A stretch of DNA of 54,483 nucleotides, from contig CAYVGR010000001.1 in assembly GCA_964450065.1 (NCBI GenBank), forward strand, positions 1 to 54,483, written 5' to 3'. Both the position numbers and the translations under genes were made by a program. Shown one piece after another: positions 10,518 to 23,284 of the stretch (positions within the stretch are counted from its first letter, which is position 1; every line of letters begins with the position of its first letter). The notes under the pieces were generated by a model. That model made no database searches. It saw only the letters and a list, made by a program, of their open reading frames with translations, and was not told the origin of the DNA. The stretch is from an uncultured Prevotella sp. (GTDB lineage: Bacteria > Bacteroidota > Bacteroidia > Bacteroidales > Bacteroidaceae).

Positions 10518-11104
10518 TGTCAATTTATTTATATGATAAATCCGTAGTGGATGTAATGCGAACATGAAATAGGGATAATATAATATCAATAACATCTACA
10601 GATGTATTATTTCCATTCAGAGCAGATGCTAGCGGAACAGATAGGGTAACATTACCCGCTATATCTATGAGTAGGCTAGGGGTAGAATTATTAGCTAATT
10701 CTAAAAGACCGATGAATGCGGATGGTTATGCGTATAGAGTGGAGTCTGATAGGACGGGAAAACTAAGAAGCGTACCAATAAGAATAAGATGGCAGTTAGA
10801 TATATATACAAAAAATAGGCAAGAGAATGATAATTTAGTAAGGGAGATAATATTAAAATTAATAGCACAACCTACATTTGAAATTCCAATACCTTATAAC
10901 AATGCAGATATATCGCATAAGTTTAATGTGCACATAGCTCCAGATATAGTAGATAACTCTCAAATCCCAGAACATTTAGAAGTAGGGGAATACTTTAGAA
11001 GTACATTAGAGATATATACAGATGATGCTTATTTATTCAATTATGTGATTAGGGATAATACAGGATTAGAGATAGAGATTAAATTAGACCAGGAGAATAA
11101 TTAA
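10517..11104 (+). CDS. Tail terminator/sheath stabiliser (gp15-like) (code 4)
   Basis: TAATG-coupled start; LPAISMSR..VPIRIRWQLDIYTK..D.LV.EI; directly upstream of sheath. Confidence 0.65.
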
Positions 11105-12654
11105 TGTCAAAAATAACAATAGTCGAACAAGACTTAACAGGTTTAAATGCTATAACTAATACAGAGCATATAGTTTACGTACCAGGCTATAGTGAGAAAG
11201 GACCTATCAACGAACCGACTTTAGTAAGGAGCATAGCAGATTTTACAGCATTATTTGGATCAAAGCCTTTTAAATTCAAAAACGGTGAACTTGAAAAATC
11301 TTGAATTTATGCGTCAGAACTAATAAGAGCAGGTCTACCTGTACTGTATGAAAGAGTATATGATACCGCTAAAGATGTAAATAACAAAGCAAAATACAAA
11401 ATAGAAATAGATGGATCATTAGAAGATTATTTTATAGTTGAAGCTAAATACGTAGGATCGTATGGTTTAGAGTATAAAATAAGTATTACATCAACAGGAA
11501 GCAATGCAGCAGGAAATCCAACTTATGATGTTACTATAAATAATCGAGTGTATACAAATATAACATTTAATAAGAATGGAGAAAATTATCTAGGAGATCT
11601 ACTTCGCGGAGATCCAGACGTAGATTTTATAGAGAATATAACTACAGAAGAATTCAACTGGGGTAACGTACAAGTAGCATCTGCTACAAATGCAAAATTT
11701 ACAGCTAATAATCCGACATCGATAGATATGGATAAAGAATTAGATATAATTAATCTATTAAATGGAATAGATTCACCAATAACTAAATTAACAGATAAGT
11801 CATTATATGATGTTAAATTTATAACATCAGGTGGATATCCAAATATAGGAGAGTATCCTAATAGTCCAAATCCAATAGATGTAAGTAGTATAGGATTAAG
11901 GATAAGAGATGTGGCATCTCAAAGAGGAGACGCTTTGGGATTAATAGATATGGTAAAAGGTACACCAAAGACAATGTATAAAAGCACAGTTGCGAGTAAA
12001 CTAGTACCTTCCTTTATAGGCGACATAGATAAGAATAGCTATGTAACTATGATAGCACCACATATTAAAGTACATACAGGTATAACAAATACGGAAGAAT
12101 GGATGCCAGGATCATTTGCATATCTAATGAGTTTAGGTAACTCAGTTGTATCTAATCCAATATGGTTTGCAGTAGCAGGAGCAGTTAGAGGAAGGGTAAG
12201 TAATGTAGTAGAAACTGAATTTGAAGTAGATAGTAGTACATTAAATACTTGACAATTCACGGACCAATGCATCAACCCAATTAGAAACACAAAAGCATAT
12301 GGATATATAATAGATGGTAATAGAACATTAAACGTTAACCTAGACAAAGATAATGTGAAGAGCTTAGCATTTACAAATATTAGAATAATTGCAAATGAGA
12401 TTAAGAAAATAGTAGATATGGAAGCGAATAGATTAGCTTATGAAACAAACGATATAATATTATGGAAAAACTTCCAATCCAAAGTAGAAGCAAGACTAGA
12501 AGAAATGCAAACAGGAAGAGGGATAGAAGGATATAAATTAACGAGATTAGAATCTCCAAGAAGAGGATTAGTAAGAGGCTCGATTAAAGTGCTTCCAAAT
12601 GAAGCAGTAGAATCATTTGAAATATTCTTTTCATTAGAAGATCAATTAAGTTAA
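11104..12654 (+). CDS. Contractile tail sheath protein (gp18-like) (code 4)
   Basis: ITIVEQDLT..GYSEKGPINEPTLV..F..LFG; PIWFAVAGAVRG; INPI..G.RTL..NIR; joins three track ORFs. Confidence 0.92.
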
Positions 12655-12667
12655 CAAGGAGAGTAAT

Positions 12668-13249
12668 ATGAATTTATCAAACATGACACCAGGAACATAC
12701 CATATAGCAAATAATCCACATTTATTTGAACCACAAAGAAATAATAACTTTGAATTACATATAATGGGATTAGATACTATAGCTACACAAGATAGCACAG
12801 CTATAGATAGCGATACGAATGTAGTACATAAAGCTAATGATATAATAAGATTATCAGTACTAAGTGATTCAGTGCCGTCATTCTCACAGAATGTTATCGG
12901 AATTAGGTATGGTAACAACGAAGTCAAGTTCGCAGGAGTACCTACTTTCTCAGAAAAGAGTTTAGTAATTAATGATTATATCGGATTAAAATCTAAAGAA
13001 GCTATGCTAGCTTGACAGAAACAATCATATGATGTTAGAACACAGAAAGTAGGATTAGCATCAGACTATAAGAAAGTGGGATACTTATTTGAGTATTCAC
13101 CTAACTATGAAGTAGTGAGATCATGAAAAATAGTAGGACTGTGAATAAGTGATTTAACTTTCTCAGATAACGATTTTGGATCAAGTGATAATAAAACAAT
13201 AAATGCAACATTACCATATGATTATGCATATTTAGAAACAGAAAACTAA
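12668..13249 (+). CDS. Tail tube protein (gp19-like) (code 4)
   Basis: FEPQRNNNF..KFAG..A[W]..DYKK..RS[W]KIVGL[W]I; three TGA at tube-family Trp positions. Confidence 0.85.
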
Positions 13250-13275
13250 TAAAGATAGAAAAAGGGAGAAAATAA

Positions 13276-14022
13276 ATGACAGCAGTTATACAAGAATATA
13301 TTAAATTACCATCTCTTGGAAAATTATATATTCCAGAGATAGATCCAAATATAACAATTAGAGCAGCAAAGACTTCAGAAGAGAAAAAAAGACTAAGCTA
13401 TGCAAATAATATGACTTATAAAATCTTATCAGAGATTATAGATGCATGTATATTAACAGATCTTAAAATGAGTTCTTATGATATGGCTATAGGAGATTTT
13501 CAATACTTATTATATAAATATAGAACAGTATCATATGGAAATATTTATCCAGTACAGACTATAAGTCCATTTACAGGTAAGCCAGTAGCAGTAGATGTAG
13601 ATCTAGATGATCTAGAAATATATGAATATGGCGATGGATTTGAAGAACAGTTAACAGTGAACTTACCTATGAGTAAAGATATAGTTACTTTAAGGATGTT
13701 AACACCAAGAGCTTTAGATGATATATCGGTTAGGGAAGCAGAGATACTTAAAAAGAATCCAAACGCTTTAAAACCGAGTTTTGATTTGACTTTAAAACAT
13801 TTAATAAAAACAGTAAATGGTCAAGAGTTGAATCCAGCGCAATTGGAGAAATATATTAAAGAGCTATATGTGAGAGATGCAAATATAATTTTAGATACAC
13901 ATGATAATATAAAATTAGGGATAAATCAAGAAGTAATAGCAACATGTCCAGATACAGGACAGATGTTTGAATTCAATATGCCCATCACTGGGGAGTTTCT
14001 TAGACCCAACTCATACAGATAA
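13276..14022 (+). CDS. Baseplate hub/tail assembly chaperone (gp26-like)
   Basis: IKLPSLG..R..EEK..D..YLL...R..SYG..CPDTG..EFL; between tube and tape measure. Confidence 0.7.
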   Translation: MTAVIQEYIKLPSLGKLYIPEIDPNITIRAAKTSEEKKRLSYANNMTYKILSEIIDACILTDLKMSSYDMAIGDFQYLLYKYRTVSYGNIYPVQTISPFTGKPVAVDVDLDDLEIYEYGDGFEEQLTVNLPMSKDIVTLRMLTPRALDDISVREAEILKKNPNALKPSFDLTLKHLIKTVNGQELNPAQLEKYIKELYVRDANIILDTHDNIKLGINQEVIATCPDTGQMFEFNMPITGEFLRPNSYR

Positions 14023-14224
14023 TGGAGACTTATACGCTCCATTACGCTTTGAAGCTATAGTTAGAGAGCAGTACGAGTTGACGAGAAATTTAAATACATC
14101 GTACAAAGAAATAGATGAGATAACTCCCCGAGAAAGGCAATTGCTAAAGAAATTCTTAGACCAGGAGACGGAAGCAATTAGAGAAGAGCATAAAAAAATA
14201 TTAAAAGGAAGAAAAGATGGCTAG
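13967..14224 (+). CDS. gp51-like chaperone domain, possibly made by +1 frameshift from the upstream ORF
   Basis: YKEIDEITPRER motif; only a TTG start without clear RBS inside the upstream gene. Confidence 0.55.
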   Translation: MNSICPSLGSFLDPTHTDNGDLYAPLRFEAIVREQYELTRNLNTSYKEIDEITPRERQLLKKFLDQETEAIREEHKKILKGRKDG

Positions 14225-15887
14225 AAGAGCGGACTCAAATAGAAATACTAATTTAAGAAACTCTATTAACGAAGAAAGTAATGCTAGCCTTTCCTATGCT
14301 AGCTTACAGGATTTTGAACGAAGATTAAAAGATAGAGAAAGAATAGAAAGAAAGTATAGAAAAAGAATAGAAGATTTTACCGAGAAAGAAAAAGAAGAAG
14401 TTCTAAAGCGATATAGTAAAAAAGTAGAATCAGAATTTACCTATCAAGCTAAGAAATTCACAAAAAACATAGCAAGTGGATTATTGCAAGCTATGGGAAA
14501 TACAGTAGACATAGCTACAGATGGAGTCAGAAAATATTTAAGTACTTATCAAACTGGTTTTACTAATATAACAACAAGACTTATAGGATCTGGGAAAGAT
14601 TATAATAATATACTTAAATCGATACAGCAGACTTTAGGTGGTACAAGAGCTACAAGCGTTTCTCAAGTATTGACGAACCTAAATAAACTAGTATCTCAAG
14701 GTATATCTTATAATGTAGAGCAAAGATCCTTTTTATCTTCTATATCAGAGAAGATTGCAGCAACATTTGATGCAGCAAATGGTACATTAACAAGATTAAT
14801 AAGATTAAATAGGACGGATATGACTGGAGCTTATTTAGGAATGGAATCAGCATTGACCAAGTTCTTTAATACTCACTTTAGTGATACTAGTTTCCTAGCA
14901 TCAGGATTAAGCGAACAAGTGAGTAATTTAATCTACTCAGCAACAGCTCAACTAGGAGCTCAAGAAGGGGCAGCTTTAGAATATCAAATTCAAAAATATT
15001 TAGGATCATTCTACGCATCAGGAGTATCTGAGAGCACTATAACTAATATAGCAAGTGCCTTAGGAGCTTTAGGATCAGGAGATCTAACAGGATTAACAAG
15101 CAACGCACCTATGATGACGTTATTGACAACAGGTGCTAAGAATGCAGGACAAAGCTTATCAGATATACTAATCGGAGGATTAACAAGTGATTCTGTATCT
15201 CAGATAATGCAAGGGATATATACCCAGGCTATGCAGATAGGTAGAAGTGGCGATAACGTATCGCAGCAACAATTAGCAAGCATGTTTGGAATGAACATAA
15301 CAGATTTAAAAGCTATATCTAACTTATCAGATACTCAGTTACAAAATATGAATAGAGCTAATATGACATATGGAAATATGTTAGATGAATTAACTTTAGA
15401 GCTAGGCAACGTTAGATCAAGAACATCTCAAGTAGAGATGATAGAGAATATCTTAGATAATGTATTAGGTCGAGCAGGTCACTCTATAGCAAGTAATCCA
15501 GAAACATTATTAACTTATCAGATTTTAGACAAATTAGGATCAATAAATATATTTGGAACAGATGTTGTAGGAGTAGGAAAGAATGCTATTTTAGGAATGG
15601 GCTTACTTTCAAATATTCCAGAGATGATAGGAATGCTAAGAGATGATGGTTTTGGACAAGCAGCATATGTAACTGGTGACGATACATCTATGACTATGAA
15701 CACCATAATGTCACAATCAGCAAGTGAATTAGAAATAGTAGCTAATCATACAGCACAGACTAATACGCATCTTCAAGACATATTAGAAGAAGTAAGGAAA
15801 GGTAATCAACAATCAGATCAAGCGACATCATCAAGTTCAGATAATTTAACTGGTATAACTATGAATTCAGCTTACGAGGAAGGATAG
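14217..15887 (+). CDS. Tape measure protein
   Basis: Ala/Gly/Ser/Leu-rich helical 556 aa; follows chaperones. Confidence 0.8.
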   Translation: MARRADSNRNTNLRNSINEESNASLSYASLQDFERRLKDRERIERKYRKRIEDFTEKEKEEVLKRYSKKVESEFTYQAKKFTKNIASGLLQAMGNTVDIATDGVRKYLSTYQTGFTNITTRLIGSGKDYNNILKSIQQTLGGTRATSVSQVLTNLNKLVSQGISYNVEQRSFLSSISEKIAATFDAANGTLTRLIRLNRTDMTGAYLGMESALTKFFNTHFSDTSFLASGLSEQVSNLIYSATAQLGAQEGAALEYQIQKYLGSFYASGVSESTITNIASALGALGSGDLTGLTSNAPMMTLLTTGAKNAGQSLSDILIGGLTSDSVSQIMQGIYTQAMQIGRSGDNVSQQQLASMFGMNITDLKAISNLSDTQLQNMNRANMTYGNMLDELTLELGNVRSRTSQVEMIENILDNVLGRAGHSIASNPETLLTYQILDKLGSINIFGTDVVGVGKNAILGMGLLSNIPEMIGMLRDDGFGQAAYVTGDDTSMTMNTIMSQSASELEIVANHTAQTNTHLQDILEEVRKGNQQSDQATSSSSDNLTGITMNSAYEEG

Positions 15888-15891
15888 GTAA

Positions 15892-16908
15892 ATGAAAATA
15901 AAGTTAAATGATAATAACATATATACAGATTATATAAAAACGATACTACAGGATAATAATCTATATAACTATACAAGCGATCTATATGATCACTCTACAC
16001 ACCTGTCTTTAGTTAAATATCTAAATCACTTAAAACAGGAAAAAAATATAGACTTATTTGATTTGATTAATTTAGCAGATAATAATTATTTAAATAAGTA
16101 CAAGATAGAACAAGTTTTAGTACCGGAAGAAGAGCTAACCGAAACAGAAGAAGAACCAGAAGAAGAATCAACCGAAACAGAAACAGAAGAAGAATCAGAA
16201 GAAGAACCTGAACCTAAACCATATTCTCTAAAATATAGGATGAGAAGATTAAAAAAAGAAGATAAACTATTTAAGATATATAAAATACCGGTAAGTTGAG
16301 ATATAGGCGAATTGTATAACACAGCAACTTTTACAATAAAGTTAGATTCATTAAAACAGCCTGTCATTGTAGCAGGCGTAGGTTACAAAAACAATAAGAT
16401 AATAAATAATAAAATATATAATCCGACTACTTACTATAATAAACAATTAACCGATAGTATAACAATAGAATTTGAAATAAAGAGAGAAGATGAAGATGGG
16501 AATAGATTAAATGCTGAAATATTAGATAACTTCTATCTAATAGTGAGTACAGCTAAAGATGTAAAAGATATAGTAGTAACCAAAGGACAGGTAGAGATAG
16601 ATGCCTTTAAGTTTATATCGGATACAAATAATCCCATATTGTGTGATAGCAAATTAATAGAATATATGACTAATATGATAATTCACGAAGGCAGTGATAT
16701 AGAGGATATAATATACTTTCAAAAAATACTAAGTAGCCCAGAGTTCAGGATAAAATTTAACATGGGATTAGAGAATTATAATCCAGGTGAATATGATGAC
16801 ATAATGATTTCATTTATAAGCGACTTTCAAGAAAAGTATGTTAAGACATCATATAGAAAAGGATATATAGATAAGGAAACAGAGAGAGAAATAAGAAGTA
16901 TAGAATAG
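15892..16908 (+). CDS. Hypothetical tail/baseplate protein with acidic linker (code 4)
   Basis: Joined across TGA 16297. Confidence 0.65.
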
Positions 16909-16920
16909 GAGGCAGATGTA

Positions 16921-17490
16921 TTGAACTTAATAGAGAATTATATATACTTTTACCATTTAGATAAAGTATGCATATTGCCACTATATCCAGAATCGGTAAG
17001 TGAGTCAATATCAGCTAATTTCAACACTACCTCAATCTTAGGTAGATCAGCTCCCCTATTCACATATGCAAATTCAGGACCTAGAACCCAGACTATAAGT
17101 ATAGATTTACATAGAGAAATGCTATATGGAGTAAATATAACTAACTCAACATTTATAGAGAATATTAATACAGACACAGTTATAGAAGAGCTTATAAAAA
17201 CAATGCAAGCTGCAGTTTTACCTAAATATACAAATATAACCAAAACGATAAATCCTCCGATAGTAGCAATGAGGCTAGGAGATGAGTTATTTATAAAAGG
17301 TATAATTAGAAACGTATCAACAACTTTTAGAAAACCTATAGTAAATAACAAATATCAATTATGCACTATAAGCTTCACAATAGAGGAGTTCGAACCATAT
17401 GATGCGGAAGCAGTTAAGACTATTGGATTTTACAGAGGGTTTGATAGAAGAATAGAATCAGATCATACAAGGAGATATAATCAATTATGA
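16921..17490 (+). CDS. Tail tube initiator-like baseplate protein
   Basis: PESVSES.SANF..ILGRSAP..Y..SGPR..PP. Confidence 0.65.
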   Translation: MNLIENYIYFYHLDKVCILPLYPESVSESISANFNTTSILGRSAPLFTYANSGPRTQTISIDLHREMLYGVNITNSTFIENINTDTVIEELIKTMQAAVLPKYTNITKTINPPIVAMRLGDELFIKGIIRNVSTTFRKPIVNNKYQLCTISFTIEEFEPYDAEAVKTIGFYRGFDRRIESDHTRRYNQL

Positions 17491-17801
17491 TAAGATATGA
17501 TACAAATCTCAAAACATACAACTACCTATCTAGATATCAAAACCAAAGAACCTTATACAATAATAAAGATAAAAAAAGATACTATGAAACATATACACCA
17601 TTAAGCAAAAAAATAGACAGGTACATAATACATAAGGTAGATGAAATGGATAACCTAGATAAGTTATCTCTAAAGTATTATGGCACTCCATTATATTGGT
17701 GAATAATAGCGGATATAAATAACATAGAAGATGTATTTAATCTACGTAAAGGACAAGAATTAATAGTACCTTATCTAAATGAGATAGCGATAGGAGAATA
17801 A
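17487..17801 (+). CDS. LysM-domain baseplate wedge protein (gp53-like) (code 4)
   Basis: DNLDKLSLKYYGTPLYW[W=TGA]IIADIN..GQELIVP. Confidence 0.85.
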
Positions 17802-17802
17802 A

Positions 17803-19074
17803 ATGAGAAATATAGTATCATCTATGAACAGGGTAGAGACCCCATTCATATCAGTCCAAATAGGAAAATATATATTAGGTGCTTTTACTAGGGAGATTGA
17901 TACATATTCACCTAGTCCTAGTAATCTATCACATACTAAAGTAAATATAGATTTCCCTAATTATGTGCAATCACTAAACGTACAAAAAGCCGCAAATGGG
18001 TTAGCTAATATATACACATTGAAACTAGTAAATGCAGTACAGCCTGGCACAGATCCGAATTTTATAGATAAACTATTATCTAGAGTGAGAAAAGGAAGAT
18101 CTATAATATTTAATTATGGAGATATGGCAGCTGTGGATTACGCCTATAAGCAAGAAGAAGCTATAATAACTAAAGTAGACGTAAGATTAAATATGACAGA
18201 AATAGAATACACTATAACAGCTTATAGTAATTCATTGAAGCAGAAAAAAACAAGGTTCACTTTTCCAGAAAGGTATAATATAAGACCAAGTGAATTAATA
18301 AAAGAAATTTTATATGATAGTAGATATAAATTAACTGATTTATTTTGAGGATTGAAAGACAGAGCAGTATTAGATACTCACAACTTAATACCAAACGATG
18401 ATGCTGTAGTTTCACTAGAAGCTCGAGAAAATATATCAGCTTTGGAATATATAATATATCTAGTAAATAATATGAGATGGATAAACAATATAGGACCCAA
18501 TAAAACAAGTGTATATAAGATAGCTATAATAGATACTATTGGAGATACTATAAGAGGTCCATATTTTAGAATAAGCAGGGTACAGACTTCGGATGAAAAT
18601 GTAGAATCTAATACAATGCAGTATCTGGATATGGATATAGGATATCCAAGTCAAAGTAATATAATATCATTTAACGTAAACGACGATACAGGGTATTCCA
18701 TATTATATGATTATAATGAAGAAGTTAAAAAAGATTCAGTTATAAGCTATATAGATGATAATGGAGAAATAGTAACAGAAAGATCGAATACTGTACTTAG
18801 CAAAGAAGTAGCAAGAAGAATCCATGAGTCAGATAGAACGTGATGAGCTAATATGACAAATTATCCTATTAAAGCTACATTGGTTGTAAAAGGTCTTTTA
18901 AGAAATATAGAATTATTATCTAAAGTAAAGATAAATGTTCTATTTTATGGACAGAAGCATCATTATTCTGGTATATATATGGTTAATAAAGTTAGCGATA
19001 GTATAAGTGAAAATGGGTTTAGATCAAGTTTAGAATTAATTAGAATAAAAGGGATATCATATGAGATTAACTAA
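17803..19074 (+). CDS. Baseplate hub protein (gp27/gpD-like) (code 4)
   Basis: Joined across TGA 18346 and TGATGA 18841-18846; C-terminal SGIYMVNKVSDSI..GFRSSLELIR. Confidence 0.75.
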
Positions 19075-19438
19075 AGGTATAATAGTATCTAAAGAAGGTA
19101 ATTTATATAGAACAAGAATACCATTACTGCATGGAATTAAAAACCAAGCAAATAGTACAGATGATCAATATTTACCATTAGTGCCTTATTCCACTGTATT
19201 AAATATAGAGAACACATTGAATGAAGGAGATATAGTGTACATATCATTTGAAGAAGACATGACAGATAAACCAGTTATACTAGGCCAGCTAAAGAAGCAA
19301 AATAGCAGGACTGATAGTAAGGGTAAGTTTAATAGTATAATAGCAGAAGGGTATGCTAGATTACCTGAAGATACTATAATAGGAAGTATAACATATAGCG
19401 ATTTATTAAAAATGAAAGAGTTTATAGACAAATTATAG
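19061..19438 (+). CDS. Baseplate spike, OB-fold (gp5-N/gpV-like), no lysozyme domain
   Basis: GIIV..YRTRIP..GDIVYISFE..KPVILG. Confidence 0.75.
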   Translation: MRLTKGIIVSKEGNLYRTRIPLLHGIKNQANSTDDQYLPLVPYSTVLNIENTLNEGDIVYISFEEDMTDKPVILGQLKKQNSRTDSKGKFNSIIAEGYARLPEDTIIGSITYSDLLKMKEFIDKL

Positions 19439-19446
19439 GACAATAT

Positions 19447-19824
19447 ATGGCTAAATCATTTACACATCCAAATATGATAAGTAATAGAACAGGTATGTTC
19501 AAAGAAAGCACACATAAAGAATTAGTAATGCAGAATATAAAATTATTACTAAATACTTCAAAAGGAGAATTTTTTGGAGATCCTTTCTTTGGCACTTCGA
19601 TAAGGAAGTTATTATTCAATCCTAATGATTTCGTAATAAAGGATCTAGTTATAGATGATATAGCATCCGCAATAGCTCAATACGTTAAAGAGGTAACAGT
19701 TAATAGATCAGACATAAGAATAGAGCAAGATAAGAGAGGTGTAATTAATATAAAATTTCCAGTCTATTACAATATAGATGGAACAAATAATATATTAAGC
19801 ATATCCATAGTGAATGAGGGATAA
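19447..19824 (+). CDS. Baseplate wedge/sheath initiator (gp25/gpW-like)
   Basis: QNIKLLLNTSKGE..DPFFGTSIRKLLFNP. Confidence 0.88.
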   Translation: MAKSFTHPNMISNRTGMFKESTHKELVMQNIKLLLNTSKGEFFGDPFFGTSIRKLLFNPNDFVIKDLVIDDIASAIAQYVKEVTVNRSDIRIEQDKRGVINIKFPVYYNIDGTNNILSISIVNEG

Positions 19825-19826
19825 AT

Positions 19827-22800
19827 ATGACAATAGATAACAACAAATCATATACTAATAAAGACATGGTAGCTATATATGATGAGTTACTAACAGTGAT
19901 TTCATCATTAACAGATAAGTGGAATCCATCTAACGAGGCAGACCCAGGAGTAGTCTTAACGAAACTTATGTCAATATTAGGAGATAAACTTAATTATAAC
20001 ATAGATAAAAATATACTAGAATTATTCCCAGCTACTGTTACTCAAAATAAGAACGCTAGGCAGATTTTTAATCTAATAGGATATAAAATGAAATGGTACC
20101 AATCCGCTTCTTCTATAATAGGATTAAAGTTAAATAGTAGTCCAATAGATGATGTAGTAGTTCCTGCCTTTACTACATTAACAAGTGTAAATGGTACAGC
20201 TAGATATGTAACTCAAAAAGACGTAACATTGTATAAAGATGTAATAGGCGAATATCCTATAGTAGATGTGCCGGTAATAGAGGGCGATTTAATTACTTTA
20301 GATAGAGTAGACTTAACACAATTAGATAGGGAAAATAAATTACATTTAAGTGATTTAAGTATATCTGAGAACAGTATAGATATTAGAGATTATGGAGCTA
20401 AAGTAAGCGATTGAATACAAGTAGATGATATAACATCTTATCCTTTAGGCACTAAGTGTTATGAATTTACAGTAGATGATAAAGAAACAAGTTGTTACCT
20501 AAGATTCCCATCAGATATAAATACATTATCTAGTGAAATAACAATTAGGTATACAATATCTTCAGGCGAAGATGGTAATATCCCAGCTAATACGTTAACA
20601 AGATTTGGGGACCATGTAGTAGTGTCTGGAACTAATGTAGAAGCACATATAGATATTATACAACCTAATGCAATAAATAATGGAGCTTATCCAGAGGATA
20701 TCAATACAGCTTATAAGCAATCAAGGCATTATATCAATACTTTTGATACATTGATCACAAAAGAAGATTATTACAATTTTATAAAGAGAGCTAAGATAGG
20801 AAGTGAGCATATAGTATCTAACGTTGTAGTTGCAGATAGGACAGATGATTTAAATAATTCTTTAGAAATGATAATACTAGATGGGGAATTAGAGAGGACA
20901 GCTCATTGATACTCTAGCAGTGATACAGGTACCGAAACAAATAATAAATTAACACCATTTGATATAGTGCTATACTTATTGCGAAACGGGAACACATACA
21001 AAGAATCATTTAAACTAGAATTAGCAGATGCTATAATATTTCAATTAGAGCAGTATTTAGGTAACGCTAAAGCTATTAATCTAAATCTACGCTTACCAGA
21101 AGCAGTTAATGATGAAACACCTTTATTGTTCAAAGCTAAATATGAAGTGAAAGGAAGTTTAATAACAAATAAAAAAGTAACGGAATCAGAAGCTGAGGAG
21201 ATACAGCAGAACGTTATAAATGGGATACAGCGAACCTATTCATCTCTAAATGTAAATTTTGGAGAGCGAATTGATTATGGGCAACTAGTAGAGAATATAC
21301 AATCATTCGATAGTAGAATAAAGCATGCAGTTATAGATCCAGTTAAATATGACATAGTTAAAATAACTAGAGATAACACAGAAAAAGAATTAACGGATGA
21401 TGATAAGATAGATCTGCTAGCGAAAATGATAGCTAGGGGAAACATACAGTATTATGAGTTTGAAAGAGATTTACTACATAAGCTAAATAACGTAGAAGAA
21501 GATTATTTAGATGATATACAATCTATACAACCTTTATTAGATATAAATTTAGAACAAGATAAAAAATATACTATTAAAAGTAACGAAGTTGTAACATTAA
21601 CAGCACCAAGAATAAGCGAATCGCGAGTATGATCAACAGCAACAATTCAATTTGAAGCTACTGAATCTGGAAAAACAATCCCAGCAGATACTTTATATAA
21701 GATCGAAGATGATGAAAAAATAATTATTTCATATAAAAACCAGCAAGGTGAATATGATTATGAAGAAATAGAAAGTGGTAAATTGGTTAAGAGCTCTATA
21801 GAGATTAAACAAGATGTAGATAATGAAATAAACCATGAAAACCGTTTTACATTGTATAATAAAGATACAAGAACATTGAATGTAGGGACAAGATATTATA
21901 CTAATTTTGTAAAAAAAATAACGCCTGGAGATCATATTAGATTAAACTTTAATGAGACATTTGCTTACTTCGACTCAAATAACGAAAGGATAGTATGCCC
22001 ACCTTATTCTAAAATAAAGAATATATCTGAAACAGATATAACAATAGGAGTTTATAATAATGGTACTACTATACCTAATCAAATAGAACTATCTTTAGAT
22101 AAGAAACTAGAGTTAGAGATATATAGCAGTATACAAGCAACTGAAAACTATGACATAAAGCTATTAACTGGTAGTGAAATATCTATAAAATCAGATGAAT
22201 ATACTTCACTAGATGGTAAAACAATACAACTAGTAGATACTCAAGGCAAGGCAAAAGAGTATAGTATAACAGAACTAGAGGATGATTATGAAATTATATC
22301 TAGGTTAGATATGTTTTCATATGCTAACGAAAGTATAAGACTAGTAGAAGAAATAGAGATAGATGAAAATGAAAACGAAAAAGTTATTAAGCAACATAAA
22401 GTAAAGGTAGAAACAGATTCAGAAACTAAAGTAATAGAACCAAGCGCAACAGTTTCGCATATAGCTATAAATAAAGACGTAGCTTTAATTGGCGGAGCTC
22501 CTATTACATATAGGACAATTGCAACAAGCTCAGAAGGACCGATTAATAGAGGTCTAGATGATATAAAGATAATATCATTTAAAGAACATAAGATAGAAAC
22601 CAATGAAGATGATGAGCTTATTCAAAATGGGACAGAGGTAGTTGGAGTTAAGTACTTTAGTACTACAAATAGGTTCCAAGTAGGTAATACATATGAGGAA
22701 GGGGCAACCCCAGCATCTTCGAAGATAAGTTTATCATATAACTTTAAAGAGGATGAAAAATATTTATTAACTATAGGGTTTGATTTAAAAAGATCAACCG

Positions 22801-23282
22801 ATCCATATACTGGTACAGAAGTTAAAATATACACAATGACTAACGACACACCTGATACCCCCCTATTAAGAGATATTAACATAGGTCCTGGAAATAAGAA
22901 CAATTTAAACAAAACATATATACTAGAAATAGAAGGAGCAACTAATAAAAATAAGGTAATTATAGAAATAGAAAATCAGTACCATACATTAGATATAATT
23001 GTAAAACAAGAAATAGATAAAATAACAGGTACTAATAAATATATACAAAAAGAAGGATTTACATCTCAAGTAGAGGAAAGATTAGAGAGATATTCTACCC
23101 TGATAGGACATGATTTTAATTATGGACATAAAGTAAACTCATTGCAGAGGGTAGATAATGCTTTAGACTCAGAATCCTGATGAGATATTAACCATCTATA
23201 TAATAAGTATGTAATACCTGAATATGTGTACCCAGAGCAAGGATATGATATAGTAGTAAATAAATATAGTATAGAGGAGTAA
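19827..23282 (+). CDS. Large baseplate wedge protein (gp6/gpJ-like, 1151 aa) (code 4)
   Basis: YTNKD..DPG..L..LGDKLNYNID..GYK; SGEDGN; LITKEDY; four track ORFs join across TGAs. Confidence 0.85.
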
Positions 23283-23284
23283 TT

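Noticed and set aside
16130-16220. GAA-rich repeat as a mobile or regulatory element
   Set aside because: Encodes an acidic Glu/Thr/Pro linker; ordinary low complexity
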